Shown here: one piece after another, positions 27,590-37,567 of the stretch
How the letters are laid out: each line of letters opens with the position of its first letter
How positions within the stretch are numbered: the first letter of the stretch is position 1
NCBI GenBank assembly: GCA_016870865.1
Contig: VGAC01000002.1
Location: forward strand, 25,792 to 89,791
Source of the DNA: Actinomycetota bacterium
GTDB lineage: Bacteria > Actinomycetota > Acidimicrobiia > Acidimicrobiales > Ilumatobacteraceae
Length of the DNA: 64,000 nt
Direction of reading: 5' to 3'
The notes under the pieces: model-generated
Databases searched by the model: none
What the model was told of the DNA's origin: nothing
The model's input: the letters and a program-made list of their open reading frames with translations, nothing else
Made by a program: the position numbers and the translations under genes

Positions 27590-28639
27590 GTGCGCAGCGC
27601 AAAAGACTTCTTCAAACCCCTCGCCATCGGCGCCCCCGAGCCCCTGCGGGAGATCCCCTTGCGCCCGAGCCGCGTCATCCACTTCTTCCCACCACAGTTG
27701 GAAAAAGTCGTGGTCAAGTTGCCCGAGGTGATCCCGACCGTCGACATCCTCCTCGGCAACCTCGAAGACGCGATTCCGATGGCCGACAAGGAAGCCGCCC
27801 GTCGTGGCTTCATCAACGTCGCCAAGACGATCCCGATGGGTGATACGCAATTGTGGACGCGCGTGAATAGCCTCGATTCACCCTGGTTCCTCGACGACAT
27901 GAATGCGATCGTCACCGAAGCCGGCAGCAACGTCGATGTCATCATGATCCCCAAGGTCGAGGGCCCCGAGGACATCCACTACGTGGATCGCCTGCTCGCC
28001 CAACTCGAGGCAAAGGCCGGGCTCAAGCGCCCGATCCTCGTTCACGCCCTTCTTGAAACCGCGCGTGGTGTGGCCAACGTGGAGGAGATCTGCGCCGCGT
28101 CTCCGCGCATGCAAGGCCTCTCACTCGGACCGGCCGACCTTGCGGCCAACCGCCGCATGAAGACCACGCGTGTCGGTGGCGGACACCCGGACTACCTCGT
28201 GCGCCAAGACCCGAACCCCGACGACCCCGAGGGACCCCGCGGTACGTACCAACAAGACCTGTGGCACTACACGATGGCTCGCATGGTCGACGCTTGTGTC
28301 GCCAACGGCATCTATGCGTTCTACGGCCCGTTCGGCGACATCAAGGACGTCGTCGCCTGCGAAGACCAGTTCCGCAACGCCTACCTGCTCGGCTGTGTCG
28401 GCGCATGGAGCCTCCATCCCGTGCAGATCGACATCGCCAAGCGCGTCTTTAGCCCGCGACCACAAGACGTGCGGCAGGCTCAGCGTGTCATCGACGCGAT
28501 GGGTGACGGTACGGGTGCGATCATGCTCGACGGCAAGATGGAAGACGACGCATCGGTGAAGCAGTGCAAGGTCGTCGTCGAATTGGCACGCCAGCTTGCG
28601 GCACGTGATCCGCATCTCACCGACCTCTACGGATTCTGA
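27590..28639 (+). CDS. mcl: malyl-CoA/beta-methylmalyl-CoA/citramalyl-CoA lyase (HpcH/CitE superfamily, Chloroflexus Mcl type)
   Basis: The in-frame GTG at 27590 gives ..[30 protein letters not shown]...GNLEDAIP...[15 protein letters not shown]...[21 protein letters not shown]...WSLHPVQI. This closely parallels my recollection of Chloroflexus Mcl over the whole length. The upstream part of the track ORF is antisense to the HAD gene. Confidence 0.8.
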   Translation: MRSAKDFFKPLAIGAPEPLREIPLRPSRVIHFFPPQLEKVVVKLPEVIPTVDILLGNLEDAIPMADKEAARRGFINVAKTIPMGDTQLWTRVNSLDSPWFLDDMNAIVTEAGSNVDVIMIPKVEGPEDIHYVDRLLAQLEAKAGLKRPILVHALLETARGVANVEEICAASPRMQGLSLGPADLAANRRMKTTRVGGGHPDYLVRQDPNPDDPEGPRGTYQQDLWHYTMARMVDACVANGIYAFYGPFGDIKDVVACEDQFRNAYLLGCVGAWSLHPVQIDIAKRVFSPRPQDVRQAQRVIDAMGDGTGAIMLDGKMEDDASVKQCKVVVELARQLAARDPHLTDLYGF

Positions 28640-28661
28640 CCGGGCACGGAAACGAAATTCC

Positions 28662-29528
28662 ATGTCAAGCCTCCGCCCCCGCCGCTCGGTTCTCTACATG
28701 CCCGCCGCCAACGAGCGCGCGTTGGAAAAGGCCAAGACGATCCCGACCGACGCATTGATCTTCGATCTTGAAGACGCGGTGTCACCCGAGTCGAAGGATG
28801 TCGCGCGTGAGAACGCCGTGAGGGCCGCGTCGTCGGGCGACTACGCCAAGCGTGAAATCACCATCCGCTGCAACGGCCTGGACACCCCGTGGGGCGCAGC
28901 CGACATTGCGGCCGCGGCAAAGTCGTGTGCGTCGTCGATCGTCATCCCCAAGGTCAGCAGTGCAGCCGAAGTCGACGAGGTATCGCGTCATCTCGATGCC
29001 GCGGGCGCACCGGCGGAGATGACGATTTGGGCGATGGTCGAAACGCCGTCCGCGATTTTTGATTCACGCGAGATCGCGGCGCACCCGCGCGTCGCGGTTC
29101 TGGTGATGGGGACGAACGACCTCGTCAAGGAACTGCACGCGGTCCAAGTGCCCGGTCGCGCGCCGCTCGTCCCACACCTGGCCGCCGCACTTCTCGCCGC
29201 GCGAGAAGCCGGCAAGCCGATACTCGATGGCGTCTACAACGAGATCAAGAACGCCGAGGGCTTCCGTGCCGAGTGCGTGCAGGGAATGCAGATGGGATTC
29301 GACGGCAAGACGCTCATCCACCCTGATCAAGTCGCGATCGCCAACGAGGTGTGGGCACCGGGTGGGTCGGAGGTCGAACACGCCCACCGGGTCATCGAGG
29401 CATTCAACGCCGCACGCGCGGAGGGCAAGGGTGTGGTGCAACTCGACGGAAGGATGATCGAGAACCTCCACGTGGCCAACGCCGAGAGGCTGATCGCGAT
29501 CGCCTCGGCAATCGCCGAACTTGCTTGA
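28662..29528 (+). CDS. CitE-like HpcH/HpaI aldolase-lyase family protein (malyl-CoA thioesterase/lyase-like)
   Basis: Internal ATG at 28662 gives MSSLRPRRSVLYMPAANERALEKA...DALIFDLEDAV...IVIPKV...GTNDL...LIHPDQV (288 aa). Confidence 0.8.
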   Translation: MSSLRPRRSVLYMPAANERALEKAKTIPTDALIFDLEDAVSPESKDVARENAVRAASSGDYAKREITIRCNGLDTPWGAADIAAAAKSCASSIVIPKVSSAAEVDEVSRHLDAAGAPAEMTIWAMVETPSAIFDSREIAAHPRVAVLVMGTNDLVKELHAVQVPGRAPLVPHLAAALLAAREAGKPILDGVYNEIKNAEGFRAECVQGMQMGFDGKTLIHPDQVAIANEVWAPGGSEVEHAHRVIEAFNAARAEGKGVVQLDGRMIENLHVANAERLIAIASAIAELA

Positions 29529-29534
29529 TTCGTA

Positions 29535-30203
29535 TCAGAGATTTGCGCGGAACAAGGCGAGTACGCGCACCCATGCGGCTCTCGCCGCGTTCGCGTCGTA
29601 GACGTCGGGGCGGTCGTCGTTGAAGAACGCGTGGTGCGTTCCCGGATAGATGTGGAACGTGGCATTCTTGCCACGGCCCTTCAGGTCGGCCTCGAGGGCG
29701 AGGGCGGCTTCGGGTGAGGCGAATGCGTCGTTTTCCGCGTAGTGGCCTTCGACCACGGCGCCGAGCGCGTTCCAGTCGGGCTGCGCCTCGGCCCACGGAA
29801 TCACCCCGTAGAAAGGTGCGGCGGCGCGAACCGCGTCGGGGCGCTGGCACGCGAGCGTGAGGGTCAGTCCTCCACCCATGCAGTAGCCCACGACGCCGAC
29901 CTTCTTGCTCCCGGTTCGCTCTTGGAGGAAATCGACCCCACCGCTGAGGTCTTTACCGGCGCGCTCGAGAGCCAGACCCATCATCAACTTGCCGGCTTCG
30001 TCGGGTTCGCTCGCGGCCTGCCCGCGGTAGAGGTCGGGGGCAAGGGCGGTGAAGCCTTCGCTCGCAAACCTGTCGGCAACGGCCTTGATGTGGGGAACCA
30101 GACCCCACCATTCCTGGATCACGATGACACCCGGGCCCCCGCCGTCGGCGAGATAGCCCTGGCCCATCGTTCCGTTGCTCTTGAAAGAGACCATTTCACC
30201 CAT
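29535..30203 (-). CDS. dienelactone hydrolase family protein
   Basis: 222 aa with GVIVIQEWWGL, nucleophile motif GYCMGG and C-terminal GTHHAF. Confidence 0.85.
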   Translation of the reverse strand: MGEMVSFKSNGTMGQGYLADGGGPGVIVIQEWWGLVPHIKAVADRFASEGFTALAPDLYRGQAASEPDEAGKLMMGLALERAGKDLSGGVDFLQERTGSKKVGVVGYCMGGGLTLTLACQRPDAVRAAAPFYGVIPWAEAQPDWNALGAVVEGHYAENDAFASPEAALALEADLKGRGKNATFHIYPGTHHAFFNDDRPDVYDANAARAAWVRVLALFRANL

Positions 30204-30212
30204 GCGAGAAAC

Positions 30213-31052
30213 CTACATCGCGGAGCGAACGGTGAGTTCCGTCGCCGCCGGCGCCTCGGGTGCCAGACCACCTGCCTGCAGTGCGGCTGCGTCTTGGACA
30301 CCCTCGCCACCAACGACAGCGCTCACGAGCCCGAGCGAAATCATCTCGATGTCGCGGTGCCACGCTTCGCCCTGCGTGTCCTCATCGACGAGTCGCACTA
30401 TCGCATCGGCGAACACCTTCGGCAGCCGCGTACCGACCGGTGTGGTTGCCACGACGTCGATACCCGCGCAGTAGGCCGTCGCCGCAAGTTGTCCCGACCC
30501 GATGGGTGACCACAAACCGTCGGGCGCCGCGAAGGCGGTCGAGACCACGACTGCTCTGCTCTCCCCCACCGCCGCGGCGGCACGCCGGGGATCGACGAGG
30601 TGCACGACCACCTCGTTGCGCTCGAGCGCCCGCCTCATGTGCTCGGCCCCGTTGTCATCGCCGACCACGCACACCTCGAAGGCGACGCTCTGCACGAGCG
30701 CAACCGCGATCTCCCACGACCATCCGTTGACGACCACGGTTCCGCCGTCGGGGAAACGCGTTTGCAGATGGCCCAAAAGGTGTGTCGGTGTGGAATCCTC
30801 CCGCACCGCATCGACACAACGACGCAGAGTGTCGCGTGGTTCGAGTGAGGTGAGTAGTTCGGCACACAGCCACCACAGCGGACCACAGGTGGAATACCTC
30901 TCGACGATACGGCGACACGTGACCAAGAGATTCGCAGGGTCAGCTCCGAGATGGCGGAGTGCCGAGGCGGTCTCGCACACCAGTTCGGGGGCATCGGCAT
31001 ATCCCGCACGTGCCAGATAGCGCAGGCGCTCGATGGGGTGCACATCATCCAA
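30213..31052 (-). CDS. hypothetical protein, possibly degenerate eIF-2B/ribose-bisphosphate isomerase-like fold
   Basis: 279 aa with coding-like composition. The C-terminal half (GGTVVVNGWS...FEVCVVGDD...AVVVSTAFAAPDGLWSPIGSGQLA..A...GIDVVATTP) follows the strand/helix pattern of IF-2B family proteins. This assignment is tentative. Confidence 0.4.
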   Translation of the reverse strand: MDDVHPIERLRYLARAGYADAPELVCETASALRHLGADPANLLVTCRRIVERYSTCGPLWWLCAELLTSLEPRDTLRRCVDAVREDSTPTHLLGHLQTRFPDGGTVVVNGWSWEIAVALVQSVAFEVCVVGDDNGAEHMRRALERNEVVVHLVDPRRAAAAVGESRAVVVSTAFAAPDGLWSPIGSGQLAATAYCAGIDVVATTPVGTRLPKVFADAIVRLVDEDTQGEAWHRDIEMISLGLVSAVVGGEGVQDAAALQAGGLAPEAPAATELTVRSAM

Positions 31053-31081
31053 CGTAGTGCCGGCTTGCTACCGTTTCAGCC

Positions 31082-31570
31082 GTGGCAACCACCCCCTCTG
31101 CCGGTCTCGTTCTCACCCCGCTGGCCGGAGATGCCCGTCCGCTGCGTGAATGGCTCACCACGTTCCACATGGCTTCGATCGTCGTTGATCCGTTCACGAA
31201 CGAAAGTTCGTGGATCCTCGACACCGCCGCGCGGGTTTTGCGCGCCTTTTCGGGTGCCGCCGTGCGCGTGAACTTCATCGTCACCGCCACGCCCAAGGAG
31301 GCCAAGCAGTTCCTTGGATTGCTCGCCGAGGAGTTTCTCGTGTTCGTCGACCCCGACCGCACCACGGTACGCGGCCTCGGCCTGGAGAAGTTGCCGGCTT
31401 TCGTCTTCATCCAGTCCGACCTCACCGTGCCCGCCGCCGCCGAAGGTTGGCGTCCGGTTGAGTGGCGCAAGGTCGCCCAGTTGATTGCCACGACCACTGC
31501 ATGGTTGGCACCCACGATTCCGGGGCCAAAAGACCCGAGCCCCTACGCCGGCACACCGGCCCTCGTGTGA
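31082..31570 (+). CDS. thioredoxin-like fold protein lacking the CxxC cysteines
   Basis: GTG start, 162 aa. Has a TlpA/redoxin-like layout (IVVDPFTNESSW where WCxxC would be, and KLPAFVFI at the cis-Pro strand). Its TGA overlaps the hrpB GTG. Confidence 0.55.
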   Translation: MATTPSAGLVLTPLAGDARPLREWLTTFHMASIVVDPFTNESSWILDTAARVLRAFSGAAVRVNFIVTATPKEAKQFLGLLAEEFLVFVDPDRTTVRGLGLEKLPAFVFIQSDLTVPAAAEGWRPVEWRKVAQLIATTTAWLAPTIPGPKDPSPYAGTPALV

Positions 31571-34074
31571 CCCCCCCGCCGACTGGGCTACCGGTCGAGG
31601 CGTGCATCGCCGACCTCATCGAGGCGCTGTCGGTGCGACGTCGCTGTGTTCTCGTCGCGCCACCGGGGTCGGGCAAGACCACCCTCGCTCCGTTGAGGTT
31701 GCTGGAGAGCACGTTCCTGTCCAACGGCGAGCGAATCATCATGCTCGAGCCGCGCAAACTTGCTGCACGTGCTGCGGCGCGCCGTATGGCACAACTTCTC
31801 GGTGAACGCGTCGGTGAGACGGTCGGCTACCAGACCCGCGACGAACGCATCATCGGGCCGGCGACGCGTATCGAGGTGCTCACCGAGGGTGTGCTCACCC
31901 GTCGTCTGCAGCACCATCCCGACTTGACCGGTGTCGGCCTCGTCATCTTCGACGAAGTTCACGAACGCAATCTTCCCGGTGACCTGGGCCTTGCTTTGTT
32001 GTTGCATGCCCAAAGATCGCTCGGCACGTCACAGCGGATCGTTCTCATGTCGGCCACACCCGACACCGATCGCTGGCGCGCGTACCTGTCCGATGATGTT
32101 GGCGCAGTGCCGGTGGTGTCGAGTGACGGGAAGCTGTTTCCCGTCGAAATCGATTGGTGGCGGGCACCGACGATCAAGAAGGGCCAGCGCCGCGACTCCG
32201 ACCGATTGGAGAACAAGGTTGCCGACACGGTGTTTCGCGCACTGCGCGAAACCGAGGGAGACATCCTCGTGTTCCTCCCGGGAATCGGTGAGATACGTCG
32301 GGCCATCGAGGCCGCCTCACGCGTCGTCGATGCGAACGTCGATCTGCTCCCGCTCGCCGGTGCACTCAGCCAGGACGAACAAGACGCCGCGCTCGCACCC
32401 GGCAGAACGGGGCGGCGACGCATCGTGTTCTCCACCGACATTGCGGAAAGCTCCCTGACCGTCGAGGGCGTTCGTGTCGTCATCGACTCGGGCCTCGCCC
32501 GTTCACCGCGGTTCGACCCCAACACGGGAATGTCGAAACTTGTTCTCGGCAACGTCAGTCGTGCTTCGGCAGACCAGCGCGCCGGCCGTGCGGGCCGCCT
32601 CGGCCCCGGCCGCGCCTATCGCCTCTGGCCGCAGGCCGAACACGGTTCGCGCCGTTCGCAGATCGAGCCGGAAATCCTGCAGGTCGACCTTGCTGGGTTG
32701 ACTCTGGAACTTGCCGCCTGGGGTGTGGGCGTCGACGAACTGCGATTTCTCGACCAGCCACCGCGCGCAACATTCGAACAGGCCCGCGAACTCCTATCGC
32801 TTCTGGATGCTCTCGACGGCAACGGTCAAGTCACCGAACGCGGCCGCGCGATGCTCGACGTACCGCTTCATCCGCGACTCGCAGCGATGGTCGTAGGCGC
32901 ACACGACTCCGACGTCTGGACTGCGTGTCTGCTTGCCGCACTTCTCGAGGACCGCGACGTCGCACGAAGACAAGTTGGCCGTCTGGACGGGGTTCCCGAG
33001 GACCTCGGCTGGCGCATCGAATGCATCGACGAACTTGCCTCCGACGATCGCATCGACCGCCGCGCCGCTGCCCGCGTACGCGAACAGGCCCGCGACATTC
33101 TCCGTCGTTCGGGACGCACCGCCACATCCGGCTCGGCGCGTTCCAACCGCGTCGGAGCGCTGCTGCTGCGCGCCTACCCCGACCGACTCGCGGTGCGAAA
33201 GACCGGTGCCGGACAGTTCCAACTGCGCACGGGAAACGCCGCTTGGGTCCCCAAGGAATCGGACCTTGCCAACGAGCCATTTGTCGTCGCCGCCGACGTC
33301 GACGGCGACCGCAAGAACACGCGGATACGACTTGCCGCGGCGATCACGGCGGACGAAATCACCGACCTTCTCGCCGAGCGCGTGACGGTCAGGAACACCC
33401 TCACGTGGGATCGCGAGCGCAACGACCTCATTGAGGTGATCGAGTGGCGGCTCGACGGCATGAAGCTGCGTGAGGTGCGCCACAAACCGGCGCCCGGCCC
33501 CGATACGACGGCGGCACTCATCGACCGCGTGCGATCGACGAGCTTGCAGTGCCTGCCGTGGAACCCGGCGGCTGAGTCGCTGGTCGAACGGGTTCGGTTC
33601 CTCCACTCACGAGATGCGCGTTGGCCCGACTGGAGCAACAAGGTGCTCATCGCCACCCTCGACCGGTGGCTGGCGCCGTATCTCGCCGGATGTTCATCGC
33701 GCGCGGATCTCGACAACCTCGACTTGTCGATCGTCCTGCGCAGTGGTCTCCCCCACGAGGTCGGTCCTCACCTCGACGAAATGGCTCCCAGAACCATCAC
33801 GCTCGAAAACGGCCGCAACATGCGCATCACCTACCGCGGCGACGACACTCCCGTGCTCTCGTCGCGCGCGCAGCACTTCTACGGCACGGCGACCCATCCG
33901 TCGATCATGAACGGCGCCGTGCCCCTCGTCGTCGAACTTCTGTCTCCCGCAGAGCGACCGATTCAAGTCACCGCGGATCTGCCGGCTTTCTGGGCGGGTT
34001 CTTGGGCGGAAGTTCGCAAGGACATGGCGGGGCGGTATCCAAAACACGACTGGCCGTTGAATCCCGCCCGGTAG
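31567..34074 (+). CDS. hrpB: ATP-dependent DEAH-box helicase HrpB
   Basis: GTG at 31567 (GTGA overlap). Walker [16 protein letters not shown] (DEAH), SATP and QRAGRAGR motifs, plus the HrpB-specific C-terminal domain. 835 aa. Confidence 0.9.
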   Translation: MTPPPTGLPVEACIADLIEALSVRRRCVLVAPPGSGKTTLAPLRLLESTFLSNGERIIMLEPRKLAARAAARRMAQLLGERVGETVGYQTRDERIIGPATRIEVLTEGVLTRRLQHHPDLTGVGLVIFDEVHERNLPGDLGLALLLHAQRSLGTSQRIVLMSATPDTDRWRAYLSDDVGAVPVVSSDGKLFPVEIDWWRAPTIKKGQRRDSDRLENKVADTVFRALRETEGDILVFLPGIGEIRRAIEAASRVVDANVDLLPLAGALSQDEQDAALAPGRTGRRRIVFSTDIAESSLTVEGVRVVIDSGLARSPRFDPNTGMSKLVLGNVSRASADQRAGRAGRLGPGRAYRLWPQAEHGSRRSQIEPEILQVDLAGLTLELAAWGVGVDELRFLDQPPRATFEQARELLSLLDALDGNGQVTERGRAMLDVPLHPRLAAMVVGAHDSDVWTACLLAALLEDRDVARRQVGRLDGVPEDLGWRIECIDELASDDRIDRRAAARVREQARDILRRSGRTATSGSARSNRVGALLLRAYPDRLAVRKTGAGQFQLRTGNAAWVPKESDLANEPFVVAADVDGDRKNTRIRLAAAITADEITDLLAERVTVRNTLTWDRERNDLIEVIEWRLDGMKLREVRHKPAPGPDTTAALIDRVRSTSLQCLPWNPAAESLVERVRFLHSRDARWPDWSNKVLIATLDRWLAPYLAGCSSRADLDNLDLSIVLRSGLPHEVGPHLDEMAPRTITLENGRNMRITYRGDDTPVLSSRAQHFYGTATHPSIMNGAVPLVVELLSPAERPIQVTADLPAFWAGSWAEVRKDMAGRYPKHDWPLNPAR

Positions 34075-34132
34075 CGCCCGTCATCCACGCGCAAACGTGC
34101 ATCGACCGTCGACCAACCCCTACCGTGGGGTG

Positions 34133-35785
34133 ATGGCCGACTTCGATTTCACCGAACTCTTCCCCCTCGGGCCCGACACCACCAACTACCGCCTCATCAG
34201 CACCCAAGGCGTGTCCACCTTTAACACCCCCCAAGGCACGTTCCTCAAGGTCGACCCCTCGGCGATCACGCTTCTCACCAGCACGGCGATGCGGGACATC
34301 GCCCACCTCATGCGGTCGGGTCACCTCCAACAACTGCGCAACATCCTCGACGACCCCGAGGCCAGCGACAACGACCGTTTCGTCGCACTCGACTTGCTGA
34401 AAAACGCCGGCATCGCGGCCGGCGGAATCCTGCCAATGTGCCAGGACACCGGCACAGCCATCGTGAAAGCCAAGAAGGGCCAGTTCGTCTTCACCGGCGG
34501 CGGCGACGAAGAGGCGATCGCCAGGGGCGTCTACGACACCTATCTCACGAGCCACCTGCGTTACAGCCAGATGGCGGCGCTCAACATGTACGACGAAGTC
34601 AACACCGGCAATAACCTGCCCGCGGAGATCAAGATCGCTGCCACCGACGGCGACGAGTACAAGTTTCTTTTCATGGCAAAGGGTGGTGGTTCGGCCAACA
34701 AGAGCTACCTGTTCCAGGAAACCAAGGCCCTTCTCAACGAAAAGACCCTCCTCCCCTGGCTTTTCGAGAAGATGAAAACCCTCGGCACCGCCGCATGCCC
34801 GCCGTACCACCTTGCCGTGGTCGTCGGAGGCACGTCGGCCGAACTTGCAGTCGAAACGGCCAAGCTCGCCAGCGCCCGCTACCTCGACGCGCTGCCCACA
34901 ACCGGCAGCAAGACCGGCCACGCGTTCCGCGATCTCGACCTCGAGGCCAAGGTTCTCAAACTCGCACAGGACACCGGCATCGGTGCGCAGTTCGGTGGCA
35001 AGTACTTCTGCCACGACGTGCGCATCATTCGACTGCCGCGTCACGGTGCGAGTTGTCCCGTCGCATTCGCGGTCAGTTGCAGCGCCGATCGTCAGGCCCT
35101 CGGGAAGATCACCACAAAGGGCGTCTTCGTCGAGGAACTGGAAACCGACCCCGCCCGCTTCCTCCCCGAGGTCACCGAAGCCAACCTCGACGGTGAAGTC
35201 GTCGAGATCGACCTCACGCGTCCGATGGCCGAAATCCTCGGAACACTCTCGAAGCACCCCGTCAGGACGCGCGTCATGCTCACGGGCCCGATGGTGGTTG
35301 CCCGCGACATCGCACACGCAAAGATCAAGGAGCGTCTCGACTCGGGCGGCGGCATGCCGCAGTACCTGAAGGACTACTGCGTCTACTACGCAGGGCCTGC
35401 CAAGACCCCCGACGGCATGGCGTCGGGTTCGTTCGGTCCCACCACCGCCGGTCGCATGGACGGTTACGTCGGGGAGTTCCAGGCGGCCGGCGGCAGCCTG
35501 GTGATGCTCGCCAAGGGCAACCGCTCACGCCAGGTCACCGACGCGTGCAAGAAGCACGGCGGCTTCTACCTCGGATCGATCGGCGGACCCGCCGCACGCC
35601 TCGCGCTCGACTGCATCACCAAGGTCGAAGTTCTCGAGTATCCCGAGTTGGGCATGGAAGCAGTGTGGAAAATCGAGGTTCAAAATTTCCCCGCATTCAT
35701 CGTCGTCGATGACAAGGGCAACGACTTTTTCGAGCTCGTCGACAAACCGATGCCGGGCGCAACCGTCGTCAACCTGAAGAAATAG
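34133..35785 (+). CDS. fumA: class I (Fe-S dependent) fumarate hydratase
   Basis: [13 protein letters not shown]..., the [13 protein letters not shown] cluster-ligand region, and a C-terminal beta domain [16 protein letters not shown]...GSIGGPAA. A start at ATG 34133 is preferred over 34097. Confidence 0.9.
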   Translation: MADFDFTELFPLGPDTTNYRLISTQGVSTFNTPQGTFLKVDPSAITLLTSTAMRDIAHLMRSGHLQQLRNILDDPEASDNDRFVALDLLKNAGIAAGGILPMCQDTGTAIVKAKKGQFVFTGGGDEEAIARGVYDTYLTSHLRYSQMAALNMYDEVNTGNNLPAEIKIAATDGDEYKFLFMAKGGGSANKSYLFQETKALLNEKTLLPWLFEKMKTLGTAACPPYHLAVVVGGTSAELAVETAKLASARYLDALPTTGSKTGHAFRDLDLEAKVLKLAQDTGIGAQFGGKYFCHDVRIIRLPRHGASCPVAFAVSCSADRQALGKITTKGVFVEELETDPARFLPEVTEANLDGEVVEIDLTRPMAEILGTLSKHPVRTRVMLTGPMVVARDIAHAKIKERLDSGGGMPQYLKDYCVYYAGPAKTPDGMASGSFGPTTAGRMDGYVGEFQAAGGSLVMLAKGNRSRQVTDACKKHGGFYLGSIGGPAARLALDCITKVEVLEYPELGMEAVWKIEVQNFPAFIVVDDKGNDFFELVDKPMPGATVVNLKK

Positions 35786-35793
35786 CGAACGCC

Positions 35794-36615
35794 TCAGATT
35801 TCCGCGGCGAGTTCACCGAGACGTGACTCACCTGCGACGGTTTGTCCTCCACGTTCCATGAAGTTGCGCATGGCCTCCTGTGCTCGCGGCGTGCCGAGAA
35901 GCCGGTTGAACTCACCCGATTCGGTGAGGAGATCCGGTTTCAGATCTCCATCCGACCGCAGGACCGCGGCCTTCGCCGATGCAACCGCCTCGGGTGGAAA
36001 CTTGGCAATCCGTCCAGCCAAGCGATCCACGAAGGGCCACAGTTCATCCGCTCCGAGTGAGCGATTGACCATTCCCCAGTCGGCGGCGGTGTCGGCATCG
36101 ACGTCATCGGACCCGAGGATGACCTCCATCGCGCGATTGCGGCCAATCAAGCGTGGCAACCGGACGGTGCCACCCGCCCCGGGCACGATGCCGAGTGCAA
36201 CCTCGGGCTGGTTGAAGACCGCCCCGCCACGAAGGGCGATGCGCACATCGCACGCGAGCGCGAGCTCGTTGCCGCCCCCACCGCAACGCCCTTCGATGAC
36301 GGCGATTGTCGCCTTGGGCATCGTACGGAAGTTCTCGCACATGCGGTCGAAGTCGTGCAGTTCCCTCGGTACGGGCATGTCGTGGGGCATCTGCAGTATC
36401 AATGACACGTCGAAGTGAGCGATGAAGAAACCGGGGACCGCCGATGACAACACCACGACCCGCACGTTGGGATCGGTGGCCATCTCGTACGACACGCGAA
36501 CCATGTCGGCGTAGAGAGCCAGGTCGAAGAGGTTGACGGGTGGGTTGTCGATCACGACGCGGGCGACTCCCTCGTCGACCGACACGCGGATCACGGAGTA
36601 GCCCTCGTAGGTCAC
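35794..36615 (-). CDS. enoyl-CoA hydratase/isomerase (crotonase) family protein
   Basis: 273 aa with VVVLSSAVPGFFIAHFD and the oxyanion-hole region IAVIEGRCGGGGNELALACD. Confidence 0.85.
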   Translation of the reverse strand: MTYEGYSVIRVSVDEGVARVVIDNPPVNLFDLALYADMVRVSYEMATDPNVRVVVLSSAVPGFFIAHFDVSLILQMPHDMPVPRELHDFDRMCENFRTMPKATIAVIEGRCGGGGNELALACDVRIALRGGAVFNQPEVALGIVPGAGGTVRLPRLIGRNRAMEVILGSDDVDADTAADWGMVNRSLGADELWPFVDRLAGRIAKFPPEAVASAKAAVLRSDGDLKPDLLTESGEFNRLLGTPRAQEAMRNFMERGGQTVAGESRLGELAAEI

Positions 36616-37520
36616 GAGAACAGTGCCCGCAGTGCAGCGCGGGTGTTGGCCGATTCATCTGCGTCGCCACCGAACTCGACGGCGGCAAAGTCGGTGACAC
36701 CGATGTCGGCAAGGGCGGAAATTCGGTCGGTCACTTCCGCCGCCGTCCCGATGATCGCAATGTCGGCCGGGCCGGCAGCACCCTCCTTGTCGAGCATGGC
36801 GCGGTAGCTGGGCAGCTGGCCGTAGATCGCAAAGACCTGCGCCGCACGTTCACGCGCCTCGGCCACCTTGGTCGTCACACACACCGGGAGAGCCGCGATG
36901 ACCCGCTGTTTCGGCTTGCCGAGGGAATCCGAAGCCCGGTCGAGAACCGGAATCGTGTGGTTCGCCAACGTCGACGGACCCGTGCACCATGTCAGGGTTC
37001 CATCGGCCAACGCCGCCGTGACGCGCAGCATCTGCTCCCCGAGTGCGGCAACGACCACACCGAACGGTTGAGAGCCGGCAACCGAGACACCGGCGTGCGT
37101 CGAGTACACGTCACCCGAAAACGAGACATTGTTCGTCTTGTTCAGCGACTGCAGAACCGTGAGGTACTCACGCATGTGGCGCACCGGCTTTTCGAATGAC
37201 ATACCCATCATGCTTTCGATCACGATTTGATGGCTCAGCCCGATACCCAAGCACAGACGACCACCGACTGCCGCGTTGACGGTGAGACACTGCTGCGCGA
37301 GCATCATCGGATGACGCGGGTACGTCGGCACGACAGCGGTGCCGAGTTCGATACGCGGAACCTCGCGACCGATCAGGGCCAACAGCGTCAGTGCATCGTG
37401 GGCGAAGATCTGCGGCATCCAGTAACTGGCGAACCCGTCCCGCTCGGCCTGTTTGGCCTCGGCGACGACCTGATCAACCGTGCCCGACTGGGCGGCACCG
37501 CCGAACAACCCGAATTTCAT
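36612..37520 (-). CDS. LLM-class F420-dependent oxidoreductase
   Basis: 302 aa beginning MKFGLF.., then LGTAVVPTYPRHP and CLGIGLSH. There is a 4-nt overlap with the downstream crotonase gene. Confidence 0.8.
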   Translation of the reverse strand: MKFGLFGGAAQSGTVDQVVAEAKQAERDGFASYWMPQIFAHDALTLLALIGREVPRIELGTAVVPTYPRHPMMLAQQCLTVNAAVGGRLCLGIGLSHQIVIESMMGMSFEKPVRHMREYLTVLQSLNKTNNVSFSGDVYSTHAGVSVAGSQPFGVVVAALGEQMLRVTAALADGTLTWCTGPSTLANHTIPVLDRASDSLGKPKQRVIAALPVCVTTKVAEARERAAQVFAIYGQLPSYRAMLDKEGAAGPADIAIIGTAAEVTDRISALADIGVTDFAAVEFGGDADESANTRAALRALFS

Positions 37521-37567
37521 GGGCTGAAACTAGCAGCGATGTCCCGTCGGAGCCCGGGCCCCGGTAC

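Noticed and set aside
33968-35317. 449-aa minus-strand ORF
   Set aside because: It is antisense to the class I fumarase, whose identity is clear. The translation is Gly/Val/Glu/Asp/Arg-rich without motifs.
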